Positions 41,478 through 52,122 of a DNA stretch of 64,000 nucleotides are shown here, piece by piece. The notes under the pieces are model-generated. The model was not told the DNA's origin. It saw only the letters and a program-made list of their open reading frames with translations, and searched no databases. Position numbers and translations under genes: made by a program. This DNA is from a virus: IMG/VR virus record IMGVR_UViG_3300049460_000371, positions 23,354 through 87,353 of that record; one strand, given 5' to 3'. Every line of letters starts with the position of its first letter. Within the stretch, counting starts at the first letter, position 1.

Positions 41478-42265
41478 AAGAATTTCATTAAAGCCTATGG
41501 CCTCACTTGTTGGGGCCATCTTTTTGACTATATGGTTTGACCTTTTGTTCATTTGAATATACAATATGAACTTTAGAGGGAGCAAGCCATGACGACTACC
41601 ACCACGATTCGCATTTCTCCACTGATGCTGGAGTTTCTCAATGCAGACGCCAAAACCAAGGTGATCATCGAGCCATACCCAGAAAAAACGCTGCATGGTC
41701 TCAAGTGGTACACGGTCGAGACTTACGAGCTGACCATGACCAACTATTACACCCAACAGTCGCGCACCCACATGTCGACTGGCAATTTCGACTTAGAATA
41801 CGAGTGGTTGACTAAGCCCCAAATGAGCAAACCTCTGGTGGACGGTGAGATGGTTTCCCTCGAGGCATTCACGGCCCTCGTTGCTGCTCTGAAATTCTGA
41901 AAGGACGCACAATGACCATCCTCGAACTTCTGCTCATGCTTGAGCACTTCCCGCGTGACACACCAATCCTGAACTGTCCGGTTCATGGTCATCGTTATCT
42001 GGGCACTGAAACTGGTCTAGCATTCGTGCAAGGCACCACCGTCTTCGACCAGAAAGACCCGTCTACCGTGGCAGCATTCCTGGACGTGTTGATAATCTGG
42101 CGAGGTCGTGGCCTTCCAAGTTCCAAGGGTGACTCCATTAAAGTCGCGGACACCACGGACGTTTACCTGGTGGACCATACATGGAAAGCTGGTACCAAGA
42201 TGAAAGGTCTGTTATTCACCACCGAGGGCATACGTTTCGTTCCAGAAGATTACTAGGGAGCACAA

Positions 42266-42676
42266 ATGAGTTGGCAATATAATGATGGCGGTCGTGCCCA
42301 ATCAGGTTTTAAAGGTGTGGCTGGTGATTGTGTGACTCGTGCGATCGCAATTGCCACAGAGAAATCATACCGTGAGGCATATGACGATCTGAACAAACTC
42401 GCGAAAGAGATGAAATGTCGACGCTCAACTGCGCGCACAGGTATCTATCGCGATGTCTATGAGGCATACCTGAAGTCGCTGGGTTGGCGTTGGGTGCCGT
42501 GTATGGGCATAGGCACTGGTTGCAAGGTTCACCTCAAGGCCGACGAGTTACCCAAGGGGCGTATTATCGCACGCCTGAGCAAGCACGTCGCTACCGTTAT
42601 TGATGGCACGGTTCATGACATATATGACTGCTCGCGAGATGGTACCAGAGCAGTCTATGGTTACTTCATCAAATAA
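42266..42676 (+). CDS. conserved phage protein (GDCVTRAIAIA motif)
   Basis: Cys motif plus KHVATVIDG..HD; peptidase-like catalytic arrangement possible. Confidence 0.65.
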   Translation: MSWQYNDGGRAQSGFKGVAGDCVTRAIAIATEKSYREAYDDLNKLAKEMKCRRSTARTGIYRDVYEAYLKSLGWRWVPCMGIGTGCKVHLKADELPKGRIIARLSKHVATVIDGTVHDIYDCSRDGTRAVYGYFIK

Positions 42677-43729
42677 TCACTTACATGGCGCCTTGACGTT
42701 CCTAGAGCGTTGAGGCGTTTTTGCGTGTGGTTGCTGTGTGGTCTCAACTACTTTCTTCTCGACGCTTGGCTGACTGGTGGTGACTGCCTGAGTGCTACCT
42801 AGGTGATAGCTAGCAAGTGCCACCAAGATGAATTTGATAATTGCCTTTAAGTCGTTACCGTTGATGTGAAGGTTGATTTTTAGATTCGTTTTCATTTCCT
42901 GTTCTCCTGTTGTTATACCTTTCTTTTACAAAACGGTAGGTGAAAGTCAAGCGTATCTGTGAAAATATTTTCATTCTTTTCAGGTTACCGTGTTACCATC
43001 CTGGTATTGATTTTTACTTCCTAGTTCATGACGATCCATAATTCATTCCTGCACCTCGAGCATAAAGACCTGATTGTAATTCAACGTCTGTGTCAAGCCG
43101 CCAAGTTTGGTCTAACCAACGATACTGAACTTAATGATAGCCCTAACCTGGATGCAATATATCGTCAAGTGCTCGCTGCCTTGATTGCATATGATTATCA
43201 GCATAACGGCACCTCTAAGGTCAACGCCTGGGTTGAGTGGCTGAAGGTTGACACTACTCGGGATGAATGGAAGTTTGTGGTCGCTAAGTTCAAAGCTGAC
43301 GAACTGTTCATTCATTACAGCGAATATACCCAGCATCTGGTCATTCGTCAGGCAATGTTGCCATTCGACTTAACTGACGAACAAGCACAATCAATTGTGG
43401 ATGAAATCCGCCATGAAGCAGACTGATAAAGCCATGAAGGCGTTGAGTAAGACGACGCCTGAGGTAATGCCCAAGGCTGGTAAGCGCATTGAAGTTGATG
43501 GGAAGTTTTATCGTATGCGTCGCGGTGTTTTGGTTGAAATTCCGGAAGAATGGGTGGGTAATGTCACACATCCGCAAAACCTACGCAAACGCGACAGCCG
43601 TAATCCTTCAGGTAAGAAGGTCAAGGCATACAGCGATGACTTCAATGAACGTCGTGGTACAGAAACACAACAGCGGCAGAAACCAATTACAGACGAAGAT
43701 CTGGACTAATAATAAAAATAAGAGGATTT

Positions 43730-44515
43730 ATGGATCAATTGAAAACATTCGGCTATGAAGGTCTGGAGTTGACTACTACCGAGGCAGTCGCTCTCATCCA
43801 AAATAGCAAGCGTATCACCATCCTGACCGGTGCTGGTATCTCAGCAGAGTCGGGCATTATGACCTTCCGCGATCACACCACTGATGCGCTGTGGGATCGT
43901 TTTGACCCTGCCAAGCTGTCGAGTATGAACGGCTTTAAGGAAGACCCGAAACTTGTCTGGGATTGGTATGGTGACCGTATGGGCGACATCTGTGCCGCTC
44001 AGCCCAACAAGGCTCACTTGGCCTTGGCTAAACTGGCACAACACAAACCGGTTCATCTCTATACCCAAAATATTGATGACCTGCATGAACGAGCTGGAAG
44101 TGCAGTCACGCACTTCCACGGCGATATGATCGGAGCTCGTTGCTTCCAGGATCAAGGGCCATGCGACTGGACTGGTCTCGGTAATGAAACCGTTTCGCAT
44201 ACCACCCAGGTACCAGGTTGCCCGAAATGCGCTTCGATTGCTCGCCCGAATGTTGTATGGTTTGGTGAGATGCTGGATGCCAAGATCATCACTGATTCGC
44301 AGAATGACATTCGTGCTTCTGACTTGATCTTCATGATTGGTACATCTGGAGTTGTTCAGCCTGTTGCTAGTTTGGTCTACAACAACGCGATGCCAGGAGC
44401 AACCGTGGTATCAGTGAATAAGCGTGCTGATGATCACATCTACTATGCCGACAAGACCTTGACTGGTCTGGCTGGTGATCTTTTGTCGAAGATCATCGAC
44501 ACTGCTTTCCCATGA
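43730..44515 (+). CDS. cobB: Sir2/CobB NAD-dependent deacylase
   Basis: LTGAGISAESGI.TFR, TQNIDDLHERAG, HG, CPKC..RPNVVWFGE, IGTSGVVQP. Confidence 0.92.
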   Translation: MDQLKTFGYEGLELTTTEAVALIQNSKRITILTGAGISAESGIMTFRDHTTDALWDRFDPAKLSSMNGFKEDPKLVWDWYGDRMGDICAAQPNKAHLALAKLAQHKPVHLYTQNIDDLHERAGSAVTHFHGDMIGARCFQDQGPCDWTGLGNETVSHTTQVPGCPKCASIARPNVVWFGEMLDAKIITDSQNDIRASDLIFMIGTSGVVQPVASLVYNNAMPGATVVSVNKRADDHIYYADKTLTGLAGDLLSKIIDTAFP

Positions 44516-44784
44516 TGCGCACATTCGTGATGAAAGGGATAGTTGCTCGTGAAATTTACGAGTGGTTGTCTACCAACTATCCTATCACGAATGATGCCGA
44601 TGATCCAGCATTTCTGAATGACCATGATTGGAGCATAGCAGGTCACTCATTAGATGCTACAATCGAATGGTATTTCAGCAAGCATTTGGATGATATAAAG
44701 AGTATCCCAGTGGTGCTTACCAGTGATGAGCAAGTGGTCATGTTCAAGTTGAACTTTGGGGATAAGATAATATTGGAGTATTGA
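44512..44784 (+). CDS. hypothetical protein, FKL family
   Basis: SDEQVVMFKLNFGD. Confidence 0.55.
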   Translation: MMRTFVMKGIVAREIYEWLSTNYPITNDADDPAFLNDHDWSIAGHSLDATIEWYFSKHLDDIKSIPVVLTSDEQVVMFKLNFGDKIILEY

Positions 44785-45020
44785 TGGCTGATTTTATAAT
44801 GCAAGACCGTGATAATTCATGGGATGACTTCACTACTTGGTTGGTGTCAATGGATGTTCATGAATATAATCGTGTTGGCTTCAAGTATTATGCTGAACGC
44901 ATTTACGACCAGACCCATGCTGCATTTGGACGAGTATTCATGATCACCATCAAGGATGAAAGTGCGGCGGCATTTTTCCGTCTACGATGGAATGACTATT
45001 TGCTGGACAAGATGCCATAA
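44784..45020 (+). CDS. hypothetical protein, FKL family
   Basis: KDESAAAFFRLRW. Confidence 0.55.
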   Translation: MADFIMQDRDNSWDDFTTWLVSMDVHEYNRVGFKYYAERIYDQTHAAFGRVFMITIKDESAAAFFRLRWNDYLLDKMP

Positions 45021-45046
45021 AAAAGCCCGGACATCCGGGCTTTTTT
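45019..45046. terminator. bidirectional terminator
   Basis: AAAAAAGCCCGGACATCCGGGCTTTTTT. Confidence 0.85.
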
Positions 45047-45513
45047 CATTCCACCAAGGCTTCAAGCTTGGCTAGTGCTTCTGGGTCATTCAATACGGCC
45101 TGAAGACCAAAGTGCAGAGGTTCCGGAAATTCATCCAATGCGAACCAACCTGATGTTTCATTTTCCCAGTTCAGAGTTGGTTCAAATTCATCGTCGATGA
45201 TCGAGACGAAATTGTGGTAAGTGAATCCTGGTGCTGTGAAGATGTAGATGAGCAGCAGGATCACATCACCTTCGTAACCAGCTTCTTCCCATTTCTCGCG
45301 CATTACCGCTTGTTCTGGTGTTTCACCAATATCGATTGCACCACCCCAAACAGCCCACGTATGCGGTTCCTTGCAGTCTTTGGAACGGAAAGCTAGCAGG
45401 AAGCGTTTGGTCTTCCGTGCGAAGAAAATAGAGCCTGCACCTGCTGCGCCCCAGAAGCCCGAAATAGCTTGAGCGGCTTTATGGGCTTTATTGTTTTCAT
45501 CTTCTGTAATCAT
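45046..45513 (-). CDS. Nudix hydrolase
   Basis: GGAIDIGETPEQAVMREKWEEAG Nudix box. Confidence 0.9.
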   Translation of the reverse strand: MITEDENNKAHKAAQAISGFWGAAGAGSIFFARKTKRFLLAFRSKDCKEPHTWAVWGGAIDIGETPEQAVMREKWEEAGYEGDVILLLIYIFTAPGFTYHNFVSIIDDEFEPTLNWENETSGWFALDEFPEPLHFGLQAVLNDPEALAKLEALVE

Positions 45514-45755
45514 CAGTATACTCCTTGTTCATTGCATTATAGCACGAAACTACCATAGTAAAATTTATCTAGATAGATTCGTAGCCATAAAGGAACTTTG
45601 GCATTCGTGTGTGATTCATCAGTCTCCGCCAAATGAGCAAGAAAAACAACAATATTGCTTGATGAGTGGCAATAATGGCTATACAATCGCGCTGCATTGT
45701 AGGTTGTCTTCAATGGTGGAGACAGGACCGCAATGTATACCTCTTAGGAGAAACC

Positions 45756-46427
45756 ATGTCATCCATTTGGCAAAAGCTCGGCATTGTAGAAGCCGAGAAG
45801 CCAGCAGCTCCAACGGAAGCGGCACCTGCTGCACCCGCAACCCCGGCTCCAGTAATGCAGACCGCGGTTCCGAGTGCAGTGCTGTCCAGCTACCCTTCGG
45901 CAGCGCCGGTTGCAACTGAAGTACCAAGTGTATTGGACACCAACAGCGTGGAAGGTCAGATCGTACAAGCGATCGAAAGCAATCCCGTTTACCTGGCGTA
46001 CCGCACCTTCAACGACGCGATCGTATCCGTCCAACAGCACATCCCGGATGAACGCACCCGCTACAACGTGGCGGCGGCCACCACTAAGCTGACCTTCGCC
46101 GAAGTGCAACCTTCGCTGGAATCCTGGAAAATCGTCGTCGAAGCTGAAGACGTGAATTTCCAGACCAACTTCATCCAGCCGTCCCAAGCCAACATCGATA
46201 TGGTCCAAGCCCAGATCGAAGCGACCGACGCAGAAATCCTGGAAGTGACCAAAAAGCTCGGCGCCCTGAGTGAGCAAAAAAACCAGCTCATGCAGGACAA
46301 AGTTCAACGCGAAGCTGAACTGAGCAAGGCCAAGATCGACTTCGAGTCCGTGCTGAAAACCATCGCCAATCGTTACATGGGGCTGACCAGCAAGCTGACT
46401 CAATTCCTGGGAGTCGCAAATGTCTAA
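45756..46427 (+). CDS. coiled-coil protein, first gene of ABC/OmpA module
   Basis: AGGAG RBS; Pro/Ala linker and C-terminal coiled coil. Confidence 0.65.
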   Translation: MSSIWQKLGIVEAEKPAAPTEAAPAAPATPAPVMQTAVPSAVLSSYPSAAPVATEVPSVLDTNSVEGQIVQAIESNPVYLAYRTFNDAIVSVQQHIPDERTRYNVAAATTKLTFAEVQPSLESWKIVVEAEDVNFQTNFIQPSQANIDMVQAQIEATDAEILEVTKKLGALSEQKNQLMQDKVQREAELSKAKIDFESVLKTIANRYMGLTSKLTQFLGVANV

Positions 46428-47472
46428 CGTACCGGCAACTACCACTGTGAAAAAAACCAAATCCTTCTGGGACACCAAAGAAGGCACGACCGGCATGGTC
46501 TTCGGTATGGCTGCACTCGGCTTTGTGGGCTGGGGCGCATACAAGCTGATGCCGTACATCGCCAACCTGCTGGAAAACACGTTCTACGCGACGCTGTTCG
46601 GTCTGCTGACGGTCGGCCTCGTCTACGTGACCATCATCGACGGCACTCTGCGCAATCGCATGTGGCTGGTCTACAAGCTGATGATGCGTGCGCTGACGTA
46701 CAGCATCATCTCCTACGACCCGATCGGCGTCTTGCGTGAAATTGGCAAGCAAGCCTGGGAACGTATCCAGGAAATTGACAAGTCACGTAAAGTGGTTGCT
46801 GGTCAAGTTCAGCAAGTCCAGAATGCTCTGGAAAGTGCTCTGGAAGATCAGCAAAAACTGATGAACGAGGTCAACTACTGGCAATCCCCGGAACGTGACC
46901 TGGCGACTGAACAACTGAAGCGCGATGCCAAGCAAAAGGCCAACATCGCCGCCAGCAAGTTCGGCCGTCTCGGCGACTCGATCAAGCGTTTGACCAAGGC
47001 CCGCGACAATACGCAGATGTTCTACGACAAGCTCACCGAAGCACATTCGACGGTGACCTACATCCGCGAAAACATCGACTTCGAGATAAACGTCGTCGAA
47101 CGCGAATACAAGGCCACCAACGCTGCACACGGCGCCTGGGTTGCTGTACGCCAAGCCCTGAAGGGTACTGGCGATATGGACGACCTGCAAAACGAAACGC
47201 TGGCATTCCTGGCAGAAGACTACGGCCAGAAGCTGGGTGAAATCGGTTCGTTCATGAGCGACGCTCAACCGTTCATCGACAACGTGGATCTGCAAAAAGC
47301 AATGCACGCTGAAGACGGCATGCGCCAAATCGAAGCCTTGAACGCACGCACATTCGGCGTTGTTGAATCGCGCGTCCTGGAAAACAATCCGAGCCCGGTC
47401 ATCCAGCAGAGCATCATCTCGCCGGTTGGCCGCATCGATTACGCCGCAGTGCGTAAAATCAACAAGGAGTAA
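46420..47472 (+). CDS. membrane-anchored PspA-like coiled-coil protein
   Basis: 2 TM, DPIGVL then long heptad helices. Confidence 0.6.
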   Translation: MSNVPATTTVKKTKSFWDTKEGTTGMVFGMAALGFVGWGAYKLMPYIANLLENTFYATLFGLLTVGLVYVTIIDGTLRNRMWLVYKLMMRALTYSIISYDPIGVLREIGKQAWERIQEIDKSRKVVAGQVQQVQNALESALEDQQKLMNEVNYWQSPERDLATEQLKRDAKQKANIAASKFGRLGDSIKRLTKARDNTQMFYDKLTEAHSTVTYIRENIDFEINVVEREYKATNAAHGAWVAVRQALKGTGDMDDLQNETLAFLAEDYGQKLGEIGSFMSDAQPFIDNVDLQKAMHAEDGMRQIEALNARTFGVVESRVLENNPSPVIQQSIISPVGRIDYAAVRKINKE

Positions 47473-47477
47473 AAAAC

Positions 47478-49121
47478 ATGGCACTTACCGCTGGTTTCAA
47501 AAAATTCGTTGCCCTGATCGCTGTGACTGCGGTCGTGGGCGGCGGCATCTTCGCCTACCAGAAAGGCTATATTGGCAACAAGAACTCGGCTTCGGCCGCA
47601 TCGTTCTCGTCGTCCGGTAGCTCCGGTTCTTCCGTATCGTCCGGCCGTGATGGCGCCTCGGTCAATGCAAGCGGCGACAATCTGGCAGTTAGCATTGTGA
47701 GCTTCCACGGCTACGCACCTGCACTGGTGGCAAACGGCAACAGCCTGACCACGCAGAGCGGTTCGATCTACAGCAAGCTGGGCTTGAACCTGAGCCTGAA
47801 AATCCAGGACGACATCCCAACCCTGGCAACTATCTTCGAGGCCGGCACCGCGCAATGTGCGTGGCGCACTTCGGACTCCTGGGCCCAGGAACAGCCTAAC
47901 CTGCGTAACGCCAAGCACGATGCTCGCGTCGTAATGGCCGTTGACAATACCCAGGGCGCGGATGCGATCATCACCAAGGATCCAAGCATCCGCACCGTGG
48001 AAGACCTCGCGGGTAAAACTATCGCGCTGTTGCAGTTCACCCCGTCGCACGGTATGACCATCGATGCAATTGAAAACAGCTCGTTGAGCGGCAAGAAGAA
48101 AGCATCGATCAAGTACAGCTACATCAACGCTGACGAAGGTACCAGCGGCGTGCGCGCCGCGTATGAATCCGGCAAGGTCGATGCGGCCGTGCTGTGGGAC
48201 CCAGATCTGTCGCTGGCACTGAAGAACGGCGGTCACGTTGTCTACAGCACCAAGTCGGCAACCAACCTGATCTACGACGTTATGGTGTGCGACAAGCGTG
48301 TCCTCGATAACGAGAAAGGCCGTGCAGCCGTGAAGAAATTCGTGGATGGCTGGATGCAAGGTGTGACTGCTGCCAAGGCAAACCCAGACAGCGCTGTACA
48401 GGCACTGGTGAAATCCGAGAAAATGTTCGAGCTGCTGAATCAACAGCAAGGTCCGGCATTCATCAAAGGTCTGTTCGGCAACCTGGTATGGACCGGTCTG
48501 GATGACAATGCGCGTATCTTTGGCATAGTGGGTGGCACCAACCACTACGAGCGCGTCTACAAGCAATTCGACGTGATCTACCGTGCCGCCGGTGCGTTGG
48601 CTAACCCTAACTCGCCAGTGATCGATCCATCGCAAAGCGTTGACTATTCGTTCATCAAAGAACTGCTGGCTAACGACAAGTCCGCACAACAGTCGGCCGC
48701 ACAAGACAAGGTGGTGTTCACCGACGCTGGCCGTAATGCGGCAACTACCGCAGCGGTGACCAAACCAGTGATGATCAACTTCAACACTGGTTCCGCTGAA
48801 CTGTCCCAGAAGTCCAAGCAAGCGATCGATACGCAGATGGTTCCGTTCATCGAGAACAACGGATCGGCATATGTTGAGCTGTCGGGTAACACTGACAGTA
48901 CGGGTTCCGCGGACGTCAACAAGCCGCTGAGCCAGAAACGTGCAAAAGTGGTTGCTGACTATCTGGTAAGCCAGTGGGAAGTCAACCCGAAACGCCTGAA
49001 AATTGTTGGCAATGGTTCGGATCACCCGATCTGCTCCAATGCGGGTGCTGAAGGCGTAAGTGAGGATGAATGCAAGGCTATGAACCGCGCTACTCGCGTG
49101 GGTATCCTGGCTGCTCACTAA
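47478..49121 (+). CDS. ABC substrate-binding protein (NitT/TauT-like) fused to OmpA C-terminal domain
   Basis: GADAII..DLAGKTIA, VDAAVLWDP; INFNTGSAEL, GNTDSTG..LSQKRA..NR. Confidence 0.85.
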   Translation: MALTAGFKKFVALIAVTAVVGGGIFAYQKGYIGNKNSASAASFSSSGSSGSSVSSGRDGASVNASGDNLAVSIVSFHGYAPALVANGNSLTTQSGSIYSKLGLNLSLKIQDDIPTLATIFEAGTAQCAWRTSDSWAQEQPNLRNAKHDARVVMAVDNTQGADAIITKDPSIRTVEDLAGKTIALLQFTPSHGMTIDAIENSSLSGKKKASIKYSYINADEGTSGVRAAYESGKVDAAVLWDPDLSLALKNGGHVVYSTKSATNLIYDVMVCDKRVLDNEKGRAAVKKFVDGWMQGVTAAKANPDSAVQALVKSEKMFELLNQQQGPAFIKGLFGNLVWTGLDDNARIFGIVGGTNHYERVYKQFDVIYRAAGALANPNSPVIDPSQSVDYSFIKELLANDKSAQQSAAQDKVVFTDAGRNAATTAAVTKPVMINFNTGSAELSQKSKQAIDTQMVPFIENNGSAYVELSGNTDSTGSADVNKPLSQKRAKVVADYLVSQWEVNPKRLKIVGNGSDHPICSNAGAEGVSEDECKAMNRATRVGILAAH

Positions 49122-49162
49122 GTTGTCGGGGAGGCTGGTCCTCCCCATTTTCGAGAGACACT

Positions 49163-49957
49163 ATGGACTTCTTCAATCCCCATCACCCACTCACCAGCAG
49201 TCAGAAAAACACGTTGATGGTGAGTGCCTTCATTGTCCTGCTGTTGATCTGGTCCACGCTGACTGGCTTCGATCTCATCAGTTCCAACAAGCTTCCAAGC
49301 CCAGTCGCGGTATTCCACGCTTTCACTTACCTGGCTTGGGACAACGGCAACAGCATGTTGCTGTCAAGTACGCTGGCAAGTATCTCCCGAATTCTCATGG
49401 CCGCGTTCTTCGTGGTTGTGATCGGTATTCCAGTTGGCATCCTGATGGGTTCGAGCCCAAAAGCAAATGCTTTTCTGTCACCCCTCATTGATCCATTCAG
49501 GTCAGCGCCAGTGGTAGCACTGCTACCACTGTTCGTGATGTGGTTGGGTATCGGCGAGCAAATGAAGGTCGCATTCCTGGTCACCAGCGCCATAGTGTAC
49601 ATCATCCCACTCGTGCGCGACGCAATCGTAAGTGTTCCTTACTTCTACTGGGAAGGCACACGTGACCTTGGTGCCACTCACACGGAATGCGTATTCAAAT
49701 GCTTAGTACCAATCGCGGCTCCGCGTATCTTCGATGCCGTGATCGTCAGCACATCGATCCTCTGGACCTATATCACGGTTGCTGAATACGTGAATGCTGA
49801 CTCTGGCCTTGGTCAGTTGATCCAGAATGCGCGTAGGTTCAGTGCAATGGATCAAGTATTTGTCGGCGTGATTACGATCATCGCCCTGGCATTGATCACG
49901 TATTCACTGCTCACTCACATCAAACGTCGCGTGTATCACTGGGAAGGTAAGCAATGA
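49163..49957 (+). CDS. ABC transporter permease (SsuC/TauC-like)
   Basis: LPSP..V, PFRSAPVVALLPL..WLGIGE, VAEYVNADSGLG. Confidence 0.88.
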   Translation: MDFFNPHHPLTSSQKNTLMVSAFIVLLLIWSTLTGFDLISSNKLPSPVAVFHAFTYLAWDNGNSMLLSSTLASISRILMAAFFVVVIGIPVGILMGSSPKANAFLSPLIDPFRSAPVVALLPLFVMWLGIGEQMKVAFLVTSAIVYIIPLVRDAIVSVPYFYWEGTRDLGATHTECVFKCLVPIAAPRIFDAVIVSTSILWTYITVAEYVNADSGLGQLIQNARRFSAMDQVFVGVITIIALALITYSLLTHIKRRVYHWEGKQ

Positions 49958-50736
49958 CCCAAACAACCATGATCCTGGAGAACGTAGTCCAGGAATATCC
50001 AACCTCGGATGGCAAAAGCGTCAATCGCATTCTGGATCCATTGTCCTTGAGTTTCCAAGGCCCATCCATCAACATGTTGATGGGTAAAAGTGGCTGCGGC
50101 AAGTCAACCGTGCTGCGCATGTTGGGTGGAGTGCGTCCACAAAATATCAAGTCGCCAACTCACGGGCGGGTGCTGTTTGATGGTAAGGAAGTGACGGATC
50201 AGGAAGATGATGTCGTTACTGTCTTCCAGCGCCCAGCTTGCCGTCCTGACCTGACCGTGCGCGAGAACATCGCCTTTCCATTCCAGCTGAAGTTGTGGAA
50301 GTCGCAGGTGACTCCCGACGAGATCAAACGTCGCGTCGATGAAGCTGTTGCGGCAGTTGGCCTGACGGACAAAGAGACCCTGTATCCATCGCAATTGTCG
50401 GGTGGTCAGCAACAACGTGTTATGCTTGCGCGTGGGCTGGTAACGAAGCCGCGTGTCCTCTTGCTGGATGAACCATTCAGCGCGCTTGACCCGGTGTTGC
50501 GTCGCGAAATGCAGCAATTGCTGGTTGATATCTGGAACAAGTTTCCATGCCTGATCTTCATGGTCACGCACGATATCGCGGAAGCTGTTGCACTGGGCGA
50601 TCGCATCATCGTGTTGGGTGGTACACCAGCTCGTGTGCTGTACGACAAAACCACCACTCATCAAGATCAGCGTCTGCTGTACCGTGATGACCCAGTAGCC
50701 ACTAACCTGATCTCCCAGGCACTGAATACGAAATGA
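49954..50736 (+). CDS. ABC transporter ATP-binding protein
   Basis: GKSGCGKST, LSGGQQQR, LLLDEPFSALD, VTHD. Confidence 0.93.
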   Translation: MTQTTMILENVVQEYPTSDGKSVNRILDPLSLSFQGPSINMLMGKSGCGKSTVLRMLGGVRPQNIKSPTHGRVLFDGKEVTDQEDDVVTVFQRPACRPDLTVRENIAFPFQLKLWKSQVTPDEIKRRVDEAVAAVGLTDKETLYPSQLSGGQQQRVMLARGLVTKPRVLLLDEPFSALDPVLRREMQQLLVDIWNKFPCLIFMVTHDIAEAVALGDRIIVLGGTPARVLYDKTTTHQDQRLLYRDDPVATNLISQALNTK

Positions 50737-51611
50737 AAATTATTTCTGAATTGTTGCCAATACTGGTCGATGTTGATCATCACAATCTGCTGGTGGAACA
50801 AAAAGTCAATCAGCTGTTGGCGGTTGCTGTTGCGGGTGACCCTAAGCCATTGCTCAAGTTCTTTGGTGCCTACACGTCATGGAATGGCTACTTTGCCGCA
50901 GGTGTGACTGGTCTTACCGCCAAGATCACCAATGCGCGATCCATGTTTATGGACCCTAGCGCCAAGTATGCGTCTGTGGCTGACCGTAGCAGTCATATCG
51001 CGTCGTTCGTGTTTGATGCTGCCCGGGAAGAATATCATGACTGCAATCGTGGTGGGCGCGCCTCTCATCGCGCCCTCGCACAGGCATTCATGATTGCACT
51101 AACGGATGCACTGTTGCCCAACCAGGAAGCTGGCTCGTACAACATTTTGTTGAATGAACCAAACTGGCTGATCAACATGAACCGTGAGACGCCCACGCAT
51201 TACCTGGGCGACTTCAAGGACTCACACAACAGATTCAACGTGTATGCTGGTATTGGCTATCATATTGGTTCTGAATGGTTAGCTGATCGTGAGTTTACGA
51301 TCATTGACCAGTTGCTCGCCAAGCATGTGCCAGAATTGCGTGATAAACTGCGCCATGCTCGTATTGAGTTTATGGGTCGTGTCCATCCCGGTTATGCTTG
51401 GATTACTGCCCATAGCGGTGAAGGTGACGCCGTTGAACAAGAGCACTACGCTATGGCGGTTCGTGCGGCGGAGCTTGCTTTGGAATTCACCCCTGAGCAT
51501 GACAAAGAAGATGCCATGACATTCTTGAAGCTTGGCATTAAGCAGTTTGCTGATGTGCATGCTGACTTCTTCAAGAAGAACTTCCTTGGTACATTTATGA
51601 GGCCAATATGA
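50733..51611 (+). CDS. heme-oxygenase-like diiron (TenA/PqqC/CADD-type) protein
   Basis: AAREEY..SHRALA, GSEWLA..E, WITAH..VEQEH metal-ligand pattern. Confidence 0.55.
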   Translation: MKIISELLPILVDVDHHNLLVEQKVNQLLAVAVAGDPKPLLKFFGAYTSWNGYFAAGVTGLTAKITNARSMFMDPSAKYASVADRSSHIASFVFDAAREEYHDCNRGGRASHRALAQAFMIALTDALLPNQEAGSYNILLNEPNWLINMNRETPTHYLGDFKDSHNRFNVYAGIGYHIGSEWLADREFTIIDQLLAKHVPELRDKLRHARIEFMGRVHPGYAWITAHSGEGDAVEQEHYAMAVRAAELALEFTPEHDKEDAMTFLKLGIKQFADVHADFFKKNFLGTFMRPI

Positions 51612-51794
51612 ACAACAAAGTGATACATTTCCCAAGAGCATTTTTGGCCCAATATGTGGGGAAATGGCTTAAATCACTTTGGCGTACCCTAACCAGATAA
51701 AAGGTTGGTTGCGCCATTACAACAAATGAATTTTGTTGCATAAATGAAAATCACTTGTTATAATTGTGCATCTTAACTGAACGGAGACTTACAA

Positions 51795-52070
51795 ATGGCA
51801 CTGACAGCCGGATTCAAAAAGTTCATTGGTCTCGTGGCCGTGATCGCAATCGTGGGTGGTGGCATCTACACATATAAACAAATGCCGAAAGCAACCCCCG
51901 CCGCTGAACAAACCGCTCCGCAGGAAGTGGCGACCACTCCACCGCCGGTTGATACCTCGGGACAAGACGTCGCCCGAGATGAACCCGCCCCCGCACCGAC
52001 CCCAACTCCCAAAAAGCCAACCACTTCCGCCGATCGCGGCCTGGACGCCGTCCTGAAAGCTGGCAAGTAA
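51795..52070 (+). CDS. small membrane-anchored Pro-rich protein sharing N-terminus with 47478
   Basis: MALTAGFKKF...VGGGI. Confidence 0.65.
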   Translation: MALTAGFKKFIGLVAVIAIVGGGIYTYKQMPKATPAAEQTAPQEVATTPPPVDTSGQDVARDEPAPAPTPTPKKPTTSADRGLDAVLKAGK

Positions 52071-52122
52071 ATCATCGGCGCCGGCCCAGGCCGGTGTTGA
52101 CTTAACCATTAAGGGAACTAAC

